A DNA stretch of 35,982 nucleotides from Octopus bimaculoides (taxonomy: Eukaryota): positions 28,921,759 to 28,957,740 of the forward strand of contig NC_068994.1 of the NCBI RefSeq assembly GCF_001194135.2. The letters run 5' to 3'. The first letter of the stretch is position 1. Each line of letters opens with the position of its first letter. Under the pieces are notes generated by a model, which saw only the letters and a list, made by a program, of their open reading frames with translations, made no database searches and was not told where the DNA came from. A program made the translations under genes and the position numbers. Shown piece after piece: positions 11,400-23,732 of this stretch.

Positions 11400-11748
11400 G
11401 TTATTAAAGCAACAGAATTATTGAAACTGGTTAAATTACTTTGGAGTTACATTCCTCTGAGTTCAGTTTGAAATCCCAAGCTAACTTTGACTTTTCATCT
11501 ATTTTTTGAGTACCAGTAATATACAGGGCTCCATCCAATTAACTCTATCCCTCCACAACATATATATGACAGTGGTAGCAATGATATATATATCATTACT
11601 ACCACTAGTGCGTAAAGCAAGAGTTGACCTCATACCTGTTTCAATCCCTGGTTGTGCCCTTTTCATTTTGTTTCTACAGACTCTTTTTAAAGAGTCTAAG
11701 TGTTAAACCTTTCCACTCTGTTCAATCTGTAATTTGAAGGTGTTATAT

Positions 11749-11787
<39 letters not shown>

Positions 11788-12600
11788 TTATAAATTTGTG
11801 ACAACTGGTATAAAGTTTGCCTTTCATCTTTCCAGAGATGTAATGTTCTGACGTACCAGTCATATTCAAGGGTCAATTAGATCAGCTATACTCTCCCTCT
11901 AAAATTTGTGGCCTTTTACCTATGTTAGAAATTATTATTATTATTATTATTAATGTTTTATAAGTGTGATGGATTAGCAGAATCGATAAGTATGTCAGAT
12001 AAATTGGTTTCTTAAAATTTTGAGTTCAAATCCCACCGAGGTAAACTTTGTCATTCATCCTTCTGAGGTTGATAAAATAAAGTACCTGTTAAGTCCTGGG
12101 GTTGATTTAAGCAACTCTTCCTTAGTGCCTAAGTTGTAAACAGTTATTATTAACAGAAAGTTGGAAATCTGGCAGGTCTGTTACAATGTCAGGAAAAAAT
12201 GCTTTTGCTGTACTTGTTCCAATTCTGTTCTGAGTTTAGATGAAACATGCTGAGGTTAACTTTACCTTTCACCCTCCAGGGTTAATAAAACAAAGTAGAG
12301 TCAAATACTGGGGCATTGGTATTGACCCCCCCCCCCTCAAAATTGTTGGCCCTGTGTCTAAATCAGAAACGATTATTAACGGAGAAGATTGTCAGAATTT
12401 GTGAAGCACCAGACTAGATGCCTTACAATATTTAATTTTATCCCTTTATGTCATGATTCAAATCCTGTTGATGATTTTTTTACCTTCCATCCCACCATGA
12501 CTGTTGTAATGACCATCAGTAATGTGCTGAGGGTTATTTTAATCAAAAATCTTTCATTTTGTGCCAACATATAAATATCATCATCATCATCATCATCATC
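11400..12600 (+). mobile_element. SINE family A cluster 2 (~5 copies, some partial)
   Basis: Same motifs at ~11400, 11815, 11960, 12155 and 12380; spacers are (ATT)n or (CAT)n. Confidence 0.8.
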
Positions 12601-14019
12601 ATTAGTAAGCACTGTAGTTGATTTATTATCAAAATTTAGTGAATTTAGTTTCAATTCCTAATTTGGTCTCTTCAGTTTATTTACTTTTCCTAAGTATCTT
12701 TGTGAAAAACATGTCATCCATATCTCTTCCTGTCAAAAAAAATGTATAAATTCTTTCACTTTAGATCAGTGTTTCCCAACCTCCCCCGCTGTAACTTTCC
12801 AGAAAAATATATGCCCCACTGATGGTTGGGAAAAAAGTTGTAATATGCTTGCTATAAAGAAAAAGATTTTCACAATTCCATATCCCACTAAAAAAAACAA
12901 AAGCAGTGGATCCCATGCCCTACCACAATTTTCCCAGGCCCCACTTTAGATTTACTCTGAAAGATGTGGCTAGTAGTTTTGGGTGTTGTGCTCACAATTG
13001 TTAGGACATGGGTTTGATCTCATATTGCTGCAGTCCACTCAACTGAAAATGAGTAGCAATGGTTACTTTGAGCTTTGCTCTGTGACTGGCTGGTTTCTTG
13101 AGAAATCTTGTAGTCTCAGTCTGAATACCTTGAAAATCTGGGTAAGCTCTGGCTTTGTGAACCACCTGCTGGATTGAGGCAGACTTTATGTCTACTAAAA
13201 AATGTACTGCTGTTGCTAAGATAAGGAAGTGGGCACAGCTGGAGTGGGGATGCAATATTACACTGCTTTTTTTTTTTAATACTCAAAATAAAATATATAC
13301 CAGTGATACACTGGTATCAGTTTAGTTGACTATTTCCACTCTGTTTCTTTCACATGTTGGCCTAGTGAGTGCCTCTGAAAGAATTTGCTATTTGTAAGAA
13401 ATAATTACGAACTGTATTGAATTAGTTTTTAATCAGGATTGATGCAATGACAGAAATGGTAAAATGCCAGACTGGATACCTTACTGTATTTATAATTTCT
13501 TCCACCACCATCACCACCACTATCCCTTCGAATTGATCCTCTGGGATTGTTGATAAAAGAATAGAAAGAAATAGATATCACAAACACATACACACACATG
13601 TACAGATGGGGAAGGGGTAAGGGTCAATCTAATCAACTCTAATGTCTCTAATAAATTTGTGGCTTTTGGCCAATGTAAAGAAAGAAAATCGTTAACTTTA
13701 TTACTCAACTGCTGTTATATTTTCCTGTTTCAAAATTATTTCCACCTCAATAATATTTTTTTAAGCCATTTTTCTCCCCCACCTCCTCCCTCTCTCGACT
13801 TGCTTTCAAAGGTGGCCTTTAGTATTGGACCTGTTACATCTATAATAAGATTATGTGGATGTGTATGAATATTTATGCACATTCGTGTGTGTGTGTGTGT
13901 GGTTACTACTCATATTGCAATCATTGTTATAAGTGCACTGGAGATGGTTTGGACTGTGGAGAACTAGTTAGATGCTCTTTACACTCTCTGGTTCAGTGGT
14001 TCTGGGTTCAAATCATGCC

Positions 14020-15950
14020 AACCTTGACTTCACCTTTTATAGCCCAGTTACTCCTTCCCCCACCATCACCCTCTTTCATTGCCTGATAAGTGGAGAGATA
14101 TTTACAGAGTAAATACCTGTAATTAACAAAGTTAATATTAAATATATCTTTCCCTTAAAATAATACAGGAATTTGTGCCTATGCAAAAAAAAGAAAGGAA
14201 ACTATCAACATCATTGTTGTTATGCCATACTGTATTTGTTCCAATTCTTAAACTTCTGAGTTCAAATCCTACCAAGGTCTTTTTTTTTTTTTTTTTTTTT
14301 TTTCCCCCCAACTTTTTGGGGTTAATAAAATAAGTACCAGATAAGTGCCAGGGTTGATGGTATTATTGACTAACCACTTCCCTTAAATTTCAGGTCTTGC
14401 ACCTATATTAGAAACAATTATTGTTATTATTTGGTAGGATTGTTAGAGCATCCTACCATTGTCAACTTTGCTTTTCATCCCTCTGGAGTCAATATAATTG
14501 ACCAACCCCTCCCCCTAAAATTGCTGGACTTGTACAAAAAATTTTAAATTGTTGCGAGCTGGTAGAATCGTTACTGCACTGGGCAAAATGCTTAATGGCA
14601 TTTCATCTGTCTACATTCTGAGCTCAGATCCCGCCAAGGTCGACTTTGCCTTTCATCCTTTCGGGGTTGATAAAATAAGGTATCAGTTAAAAACTGGGGT
14701 TGATGCAATCAACTTACCCCCTCCTCTGAAATTGCTGGCCTTGTGACAAATTTGAAATCATTATTATCATCATCATCATCATCATCATCATTATGATCAT
14801 CAAGGCAGCAAGCTGGAAGAACCATTAATGTGCCAGACAAAATGCCTACCAACATTTCTTCCAGTTCTGCATTCTGAGTTGAAATGTCATTGAAGTCAAC
14901 TTTGCCTTTCATCCTTTTGGGGTCAGTAAAATAAGTACCTGTTGAGCACTGGGGTTGATGTAATTGACTAACCCTCTTCCCCAAAATTTCAGGCCTTGTA
15001 TCTTTAGTAGAAAGAGTCCTTGTTATTATTATCGTCATCAGCAAGATGGTGAGTGGCAAAATCTGTGCTGTGTTAGAGAAAAATACTTTGTTATATCTAC
15101 TTCTCAGTTTGGACTGAAATGGAATTTGGCTTTTGTCCCTGCAAAATTGATATAAAATTGTACCGGTAATATTCTAGGAGTTGACTGGATTGAGTAAATC
15201 CCCTTCCCTTAAAACTAGTATATAAACAAAGACAGTAGAAGTTTATTTTGTATCTAGTTTTGATGACTCAAAGTTTTGTGTTTAAATAACAGCAGAGTAG
15301 AATTTGCATCTCATTACCCACCTTCACTTTATATACATACATATGCAATCTATTTTCATCATATACTGATCTTTCACCAAGTCACAAAACAATCACTTTA
15401 TGTTTTTGTCAACCTAAAGAAAGCATTTTTTATTATTATTGTTATTATGGCAACAGAACTAGCTTAATCGTTAGTATGTTAGACAAAATGCTTACAGCAT
15501 TTCTCTTGAGTTCTAAGTTCAAATACTATCAACATCACTTTTGCCTTTCATCCTTTCATGATAAAATAAGTACCAGTCAAGTATGGTGGGGTGGGGGTTG
15601 ATGCAATCAGCTTATATTCTCCTAAAGTTGCTGACCTTTTGCCAAAATTTAAAATAATTATTATTATTATTACTGTTATTAGGACAGTAAAGTGTCAGAA
15701 TAGTTTAGCACATCAGACAAAATACCTTGTGTTATTTGTTATAGGTCTATATGCTCTAAGTTCAAATCCTACTGCAACTAACTTTGCTTTTCATACTTCT
15801 GGGGGTCCATAAAATAATGTATATCAGTCAAGTACTCTCCCTGAATCATTAAGGAGGCAATCAATATGCCTTCTGGTATTTATATTTTGAATTCAAATCC
15901 TGTGAAGTTTAGCTCTGCCAGCCATCCTCTTTCCAGAGTTGATATATGAT
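14020..15950 (+). mobile_element. SINE family A cluster 3 (~9 copies)
   Basis: Same motifs; well-preserved copies at 14548-14800 and 14803-15040. Confidence 0.85.
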
Positions 15951-16964
15951 CAATTAGCAACTAAGTTCTCAAATTGACCAAAGCTGTGTGTTCTCATTTC
16001 CTCCCCTATCTCATGTTTAACTTTTTTATTATTAAGTCAATGGCTATATCTGCAATGACAACACCTCTCTAAATGTATTACGGTTGTTTTAGCTTCATTT
16101 TTTAGGGTCCCTGCATTCAGATGCTTTTCACAATCCATTTTAATCTTCAACAACAAACAATTATTTTGCTTTCTTATCATCATCATAATTATTTAATGGA
16201 TCTTGCTACTTTTTTTTATTGTACAACAAATTGCTTTTTCTTTTTCTTTTTTAGTTATTGATTTTGGTTTGCTTATATCACCACTGCCCCTCTTCCACTT
16301 TAAAAAATTTTTCCCCTGAAGTCAGTTCTAAGTCCTTTCCAGAGTAAACTATGGCGGTAAGAATCATGAAATAAAGTAAAGGTATATTGTGAGGGTGGGG
16401 TTGTTTTGATTTTTTATTTATTTATTTATCCATGTAAGTTCCTTGGTGATATCAGTTTGGAGTTTAATACCTACCTATTTTGTTTGATTTTAAAGCTACA
16501 TGTAGATGGGTCTTTTTTTTTTTTTTTTACCTCCATAATTCAGTTTAGTGCCTATCTTAGTTGGTGGGGATATTCTGAGTATAATTTAGTGCCTAGCTAA
16601 TTTATTTGGTATTTTGTTTTTGTCACCATTTTTTATGAAAACATTAAATTTATACATTCAAAAGACTTGTATCCATACCTACAGCTACAGATGACAACAA
16701 CAACAATCCCATCCCCTACCCCCATGTAATATGTTTGTGAGGGCAGGACAGTTCCTTTCTGGATAAACTGGATCAAATTTGTTTTATCCAGAAACTCAGT
16801 ACTTGCAGTAGATTTGAACTTAAAGTCTAATAGTTTGTAGCCCAGTGCCTAATTCATCTAAGCATTTCAACATGTTTATTATATTTTATTGACTCTGAAA
16901 TATCAATGAAGCTGTTATAAATCTTTATTAGTGTCTTCTCAGTCATAATCATTGATATTATTAT

Positions 16965-18110
16965 AGTTAGGGCAATGGATTGATAGAATTGGTAAAACTT
17001 TGGCTAAATTTTTTGGGGTATTTCTTCTAACATTGCATCCTGGGTACAAATCCCGCCAAGGTCAGCTTTGCTTTTCTATTCCACTGGATTCAATGTAAAT
17101 TGACTAACCTCATCTTCCAATTTTCAAGCCTTGTGGCTATTTTTAACAATTTTTGAGTGGTGAATTTGCAGAATCATTAGAGTGTTGGAGGAATAATGTC
17201 ATGCATTATTTGTTTCAGCCCCTTTACGTTCTTATTTTAAATCCCACCAAGGTTGACTTTGCCCTTCGTCCTTTCAGGTTCAGTAAAATAAGTGCCAGTT
17301 GAGCACTGCGGTTGATGTAATCAACTTACACCTTCCCTTGGAATTGCTGTCCTTGAGCCAAAATTTGAAACCACCACCACCACCATCATGAAGGCTGTAG
17401 ATTGGCAGAATTGTTAGAGCAGACAAAATATTTTGGAGGATTTAGTTATTGTTCTTTAAATTATGGGGTCAACTTTTGAATATTATTCTTGATAAAATAA
17501 AGTACCAGTGTCATACTAGGGTTGATATATTTATGTATCCCACTGCCCCAATAATTTCAAGTCATGTGCCCTATGTTAGATATAGTTATTACTATTGCTA
17601 AGATGAGGTGGCATATTGAGAACTAGAGGAAATGTCTTAGTAACTTGGTTTCAATTCTCACTTGTTTGAAATAGCATTTCACTAAATATACATTGTAAAA
17701 ACTAAAACTTAACAACTTTTATTTCAAATTCCATTTCACTCTGATCCTCACCATTTTTTTCCAAATCTCATGCATCTCTATCTTTGCCAATACAAACATC
17801 ATCATCATCTTCATCACCATCAAAACCACATTGCCTTTCATCCTTTCTGGGTCTATAAAATAAAGTCAGTTTCATTAACTAACCCTCCTACCCTCAAATT
17901 TTGGCCTTAGAAAAAGTTATTTAAGGGCAATGAATTGGCAGAATTGTTAGAATAATTGACATGTGGTATTTCTTCTAGCTCTCTATGTTTCGAGTTCAAA
18001 TCCTGCCAAGATCAACTTTGTTTTCCATCCTTTTAGGGTTGGTTCAATTGACTATTTCTTTCTTCCAAATTTCAGGCCTTGTGCCTATGTTAGAAACTAT
18101 TATCATATTC
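16965..18110 (+). mobile_element. SINE family A cluster 4 (~6 copies)
   Basis: Same motifs at ~16965, 17155, 17390, 17600, 17830 and 17925; one spacer is (CAC)n. Confidence 0.82.
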
Positions 18111-19067
18111 ATTATGTACACTGCCACCAACATTTTAGTGTTGTCTGGTGTAGCAGATGTAAAACTAGAGAGATATCATTTCCTCCCCTGTTTGATCTAC
18201 AGCCAGGGTGGGTGGGAAATCCAAGTAAATCTGACTCTATTATTACTTCCATTTCATCACTCTTTTGGGAACAAATGTAAGGATTCCATTTTTTAATTAC
18301 TTTCCCACCTTTTATTGTGGGCTTTATGTGCATGTGTGAGTGTATACAAACATATATACACACATTAACTGACAAGCAAGCACTTATGTAATAAACACAC
18401 ACACACACACACACACANNNNNNNNNNNNNNNNNNNNNNNNNNNNNNNNNNNNNNNNNNNNNNNNNNNNNNNNNNNNNNNNNNNNNNNNNNNNNNNNNNN
18501 NNNNNNNNNNNNNNNNNNNNNNNNNNNNNNNNNNNNNNNNNNNNNNNNNNNNNNNNNNNNNNNNNNNNNNNNNNNNNNNNNNNNNNNNNNNNNNNNNNNN
18601 NNNNNNNNNNNNNNNNNNNNNNNNNNNNNNNNNNNNNNNNNNNNNNNNNNNNNNNNNNNNNNNNNNNNNNNNNNNNNNNNNNNNNNNNNNNNNNNNNNNN
18701 NNNNNNNNNNNNNNNNNNNNNNNNNNNNNNNNNNNNNNNNNNNNNNNNNNNNNNNNNNNNNNNNNNNNNNNNNNNNNNNNNNNNNNNNNNNNNNNNNNNN
18801 NNNNNNNNNNNNNNNNNNNNNNNNNNNNNNNNNNNNNNNNNNNNNNNNNNNNNNNNNNNNNNNNNNNNNNNNNNNNNNNNNNNNNNNNNNNNNNNNNNNN
18901 NNNNNNNNNNNNNNNNNNNNNNNNNNNNNNNNNNNNNNNNNNNNNNNNNNNNNNNNNNNNNNNNNNNNNNNNNNNNNNNNNNNNNNNNNNNNNNNNNNNN
19001 NNNNNNNNNNNNNNNNNNNNNNNNNNNNNNNNNNNNNNNNNNNNNNNNNNNNNNNNNNNNNNNNNNN

Positions 19068-19705
19068 TAAGGTGGTGAGCTGGCAGAATCATTACCATGC
19101 TGGGAAAAATGCTTCATAACATTTCTTCTGGCTTCACGTTCTGAGTCCAGATACCACCAGGGTCAACTTTGCCTTTTATCTTTTTGGGGTCGATAAAATA
19201 AACAAGCACCAGTTGAACACTGGGGTCAATGTAATCAGCGTGTCCCCTCCCCTGAAATTGCTGGCTTTGTGCCAAAATTTGAAACCATTATTACTTATAG
19301 GCAATGGACTAGCAGAATCAGTGGAGCATTGGACAATACCTTGTTCTGTTTTTTTTTTATGTTCTTAGTTCAAATTTCACAAAAGTCAACTTTGCCTTTT
19401 ATCCCTTTTGATCAGTAGAATATATAGTACCAGTGAAAATCAACTACATCCCTCCCCAAAAATGTCTGGCCTTGAACCTGTTAAAAACCATAGGAAATTG
19501 GCAGAATTGACAATGTCAGCCAAAATGCTTTCTGGTATTAACTATGGTCCTTTATGTTATGAGTTCAAATAATAATATGGTCAACTTTGCCTTTCATCCT
19601 TCTGGGGGTCAATAAAATAAAGTACTAGTCAAGTACTGGGGTTGATTTAATCAACTTTTCTCTTCCCTCATATTTCTGGCCTTGTACCAATAATAGAAAC
19701 AATTA
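19068..19705 (+). mobile_element. SINE family A cluster 5 (3 copies)
   Basis: Copies at 19068-19295, 19298-19490 and 19490-19705, directly after an N gap. Confidence 0.88.
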
Positions 19706-20180
19706 TACTTTTTTTTTTTTTTTTTCCACACACTGTGTCTTCGGTGAAACACAAGAATGGTTGATCTGTATATATACGTGAGTGAGGAGGGCAGAGGGTG
19801 GTTATTTAGTGACCTGCTCAACCAAGCTGATTGTATAATGTGAATCTAGCTTTTTTTTTTTGTGTGTGTGTGTGTATGTTGTTTAATCTCCTTCATATCA
19901 TCTCTTGAGATTGGTGTGCAGCCAGCTGTGCACAGCAGACATAAGTATGTATACATCTCTATCTCTATAACTTTATTACCTGTGTAAAAAAAAAAATTAT
20001 TATTCCTTCTTGGGCTCTTCAATGCAGGTGCATTTATTACATTTTTGATATGTTTGTCATTACATGTAGATATGCACACATACATTACATATAGTTAAGC
20101 ATACATATGTATACACACAAACACACATTTTGACATAAATTCCTGCAGCATATGTAAATAGATTAAATTAATGAGAGAGC

Positions 20181-20240
<60 letters not shown>

Positions 20241-20379
20241 GTGATGGTTCTCTCATTAATATGAACATTCAGTTGTTTGATCGATTGGATGAGGAGTCAT
20301 TGAATCATCATGATGGCTGAGTATTCTACAGACAATTGTACCCTTAGCATGACATGAGTGATACAAGGTTGAACCATTG

Positions 20380-20530
20380 AATTACAGGTACAATCAATCC
20401 AACAGGCTTTTACACAGTTTCCATCAGCTTAAATTCACTCCCAAGTTTGGGGTGAAGCTGAGATATGAAAGTCATTTGCCTAAGATTGATCTCATGGTTG
20501 TAAAGCAAACTTCTCAGTCACTCAGCCATA
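20380..20530 (-). mobile_element. SINE family B head, decayed
   Basis: CAGTTTCCATC...AAATTCACTCCCAAG...CATGGTTGTAAAGCAAACTTCTCAGTCACTCAGCCATATCTGC aligns by eye with the copies at 3405, 22810, 29065 and 31735. Confidence 0.55.
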
Positions 20531-21060
20531 TCTGCATCCATAATATATATATTCATTCCATTCTGCTGTTTTCAATCCACTTCCAAGTGAAGATTCAGTG
20601 TGCCATTGTGAGTTGTCTCTGCTAGTTATAGGCCTACCTATCCACACCAGGTTGAATGGGATGCTCCCCAAGCCAAGTGATTAGAGCCACTGGCATCTGA
20701 TTCAATATATATGCTAACATAAACACATATAAATACCAAACATCTTCCAGACTTTGTTTATCAATTGTAATGAGCACTTTGACATTTATTTCTGCAAGCA
20801 CCTACCTTTTTGGCATAGTACTAAGCTATTAGTAGACCTACTCATATTTATAATTAGTATCCACCTACTATTAGTTGACAAAGATACTACTGTAGTCAAT
20901 AAACCCTTTTATATCATGCTGAGTTTATTTTAATGAAACTTAGATAAAACCTTTGCGAATGTCTTCGAAAATTTTGCATAAGTCTATGTATGTACATGAA
21001 ATGTGTGTGTAGAAGAGAGAGAGCGAGGGAGAGATGTGATTTAGAATGTGCTTGTGCATT

Positions 21061-21095
<35 letters not shown>

Positions 21096-21541
21096 GTATG
21101 TATGTATGTATGTATATACATACACACATACGTGGTTATGTCTGCTGAAACTTGACTGTTTTTAAGTAACAGCACATTAGTGTACCCATTCTCTAAGTAC
21201 ATAAACCATATCAGGGTACTCTATTGTAACTAGTTCACCATGTAGGAGTAACCCCTCAATATTGAAATAACCTAGCTTTCCTCCCCCTCCTGCCTACCTG
21301 CTCACCCCTCTCTCCATAGATGGGCATATTCATAAAAGTCAACCAACTGACCATAGTAGAAACTCTCAGCATCGCTTGTGTCCTTCATTGCGGTGTGTGA
21401 CAGCAACAGGAGCACCGAGTACTTAATTACTCACTCTTCCCTAACTCTGACGGGTTGAGGTGAGAGCTGATAGCTCGCATCCAAATGAAATGTAAGAATT
21501 GGGGTACAACACTTCAATTGTTTGAGGTTTGTGCCTTAATT

Positions 21542-21572
<31 letters not shown>

Positions 21573-22429
21573 GTATACACACAATTGTTTCCAAAATTTA
21601 TTCAAATACACAAGCATACACTCTCACAAACAAATACATCTATGCAGTTTCTTCACGTCACATCATGTGTACTCCGGACATGCGTATTTATGATACAAAT
21701 ATGTGTACATTACACATTGGCAGAACCTTTTTAAACAATTTTTTTTTTAAAGTTTTTTTATATATACATTCATATATATATGCACACACACATATATATA
21801 TTAGCATGACACCTTTCAGAATGTACACTTTGTAGTCCAGCTGTAAGCTGCACACTAGCTGACGTACACTAAGCATGCATTGGCATGTGTGTGCAACCCA
21901 TGTGTTTTTTTAAAATCCTTTTTACATTTTATCAATATAATTACTTTGTAATTGTTTTGAATAAACATTCATTTCAATACAATTTAACTTTTTGTTGATC
22001 TTGAATTATTCATTTGTTCCTTTTTAACATCTATTTTTCCATGAAAGTTATTTGAAGTACAATTTATATTTGCTTGAGTGCTCTTCTTGTCATCAATCAT
22101 GATTTGATACATTCAATCTGTTTTGACAAAGGTACTTTTTGGTGCTGGAAGAAAATACACATGTATGCATGTACACAGAAAAATATACACAAACAGACAC
22201 AAAGAGTGAGAAGGAGAGAGAGAGAGTGAGACAATATAATTTATCCATTGGCCATGATTGACATACATATTTTCCCTCTCCTCACACACATAAACAGAGC
22301 AAGTGGGAGAGAGAGAGAGAACGTGGTAAGCATTCACCCTACATCATTCAGATTACTTGCTTTATTCTTTTACTTGTTTCAGCCATTTGACTGTGGCTGT
22401 GCCAAAGCACCATACATTTTTAAAAATCA

Positions 22430-22585
22430 TGTATGATCTTATAGCTTAGAGATTTCTAAGACATGATTGTTTATTTTTAGAATGACAGTGCAAGGTAGGT
22501 GTTTGATGCTGAATCTGGTCAGTTTGAATATAAAATAGGTAAAATGTTTGGGCTGAATATGGACTTTAAATACTAAAGGGTTAAA
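22430..22585. mobile_element. Probable terminus of a piggyBac-like MITE
   Basis: Ends in AAAGGGTTAA (CCC terminus with TTAA target). The body resembles a cephalopod non-autonomous repeat as I recall it; unverified. Confidence 0.35.
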
Positions 22586-22799
22586 ATGTCTGATGTTGGG
22601 AAAGTTAATGGAACTAAAATAACTGCCAAAACGTCTCATGCTCTCAATATCTATTGATCAAGTAAGAGATTTCTTTATTCCATAGGCTTTCAAAAATGCA
22701 GGGCAACTCGTCAAAATGTTGACATTGGTACTGCTTTGCTCAAACAGCAACAAGTGCAGAATATTCAAGCACATGCACACACATGTATATATTTACAAA

Positions 22800-22922
22800 A
22801 ATTTCTGTCCACCCAATTACTTGGCCCAGAGCTATAGTAGAAGACACTTATTCAAAGTGTCACAGTAGGTCTGAATCCAAAACCATGTGGTTATGAAACA
22901 AACTTTTTAATTACACAGTCAG
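22800..22922 (-). mobile_element. SINE family B head
   Basis: GCTATAGTAGAAGACACTT...CTGAATCCAAAACCATGTGGTTATGAAACAAACTTTTTAATTACACAGTC. Confidence 0.7.
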
Positions 22923-23732
22923 TAGTTGTTGCTTAATTTGTTTTATTTATCAGCTATGGCCATGCTATAGCACTGCCTATCAGACAGACTTTTAACCATA
23001 TCGGGGTTCACATGAACCAGTGACAATGTCACTTCTTCACAATGAGCAAATGTCTGAAATGTTGAATTCTTCACTCTTCTCAATCACTGAACTTACCAAA
23101 GTTTCCTATAACTACATCAACATTGGTTATTTGGCATGTCCCAGACTTGATAAAAATGTTCTGCCCATGGAGGGTTCAATAGGGGTTAATCCTCAACATC
23201 CCTCATTTTTGTGAAAGATCATATAAAGGAGAAACTGGAGTAGAGGGAGCTCAAAGGGCCAGAAACCAGAATAGAGGAATACCAAAAAACCATAATGTGG
23301 AAAGAAACATCTATGCTAGAATGGTGTTAGAAGTGAAAAGTAAGAAATTCACTGAAAGTTACAAAAGAACATAAAAAAACCTTAATGAGAAGAGAAACAT
23401 TCAAGTTAGGAATTGTTGAACATATATATATATGGTGTGAAAAGGGGAAAATATGTATTCACATAAACACACACACATGTATATCTAGTTCACTGTTCTG
23501 TTATAGCTAGGTTCAAAGAAAGTACTCCATTCTGTGAGAGATATGATTTATTATACACTATTTAAATATGAGCTATTAATAGTTTCATACCATGCATACA
23601 ATAATTTGGCAGATAGTATGCCTTATGTGAAGGATTCACTTGGAGACAAGGCATGTCATATAAATTTGTTCCCACAGTATGAAACTATTATTAGCTCATA
23701 TCTAAATATTGTGTATCTTAAGTAATTATATC

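Noticed and set aside
13297-13317. 9-bp hairpin ATACCAGTG-ATA-CACTGGTAT
   Set aside because: Explained as a variant of the SINE family A CCAGT..ACTGG stem in a decayed copy.
18112-19117. Long ORFs of 328 and 250 aa (also 26098-26663 and 5064-5291)
   Set aside because: They are open only because they run through N gaps.
9045-19705. CRISPR-like or tRNA-gene-cluster reading of the periodic array
   Set aside because: Units are ~200+ bp diverged SINEs with microsatellite spacers; there are no identical short repeats with unique spacers, no cas genes and no complete cloverleaf.
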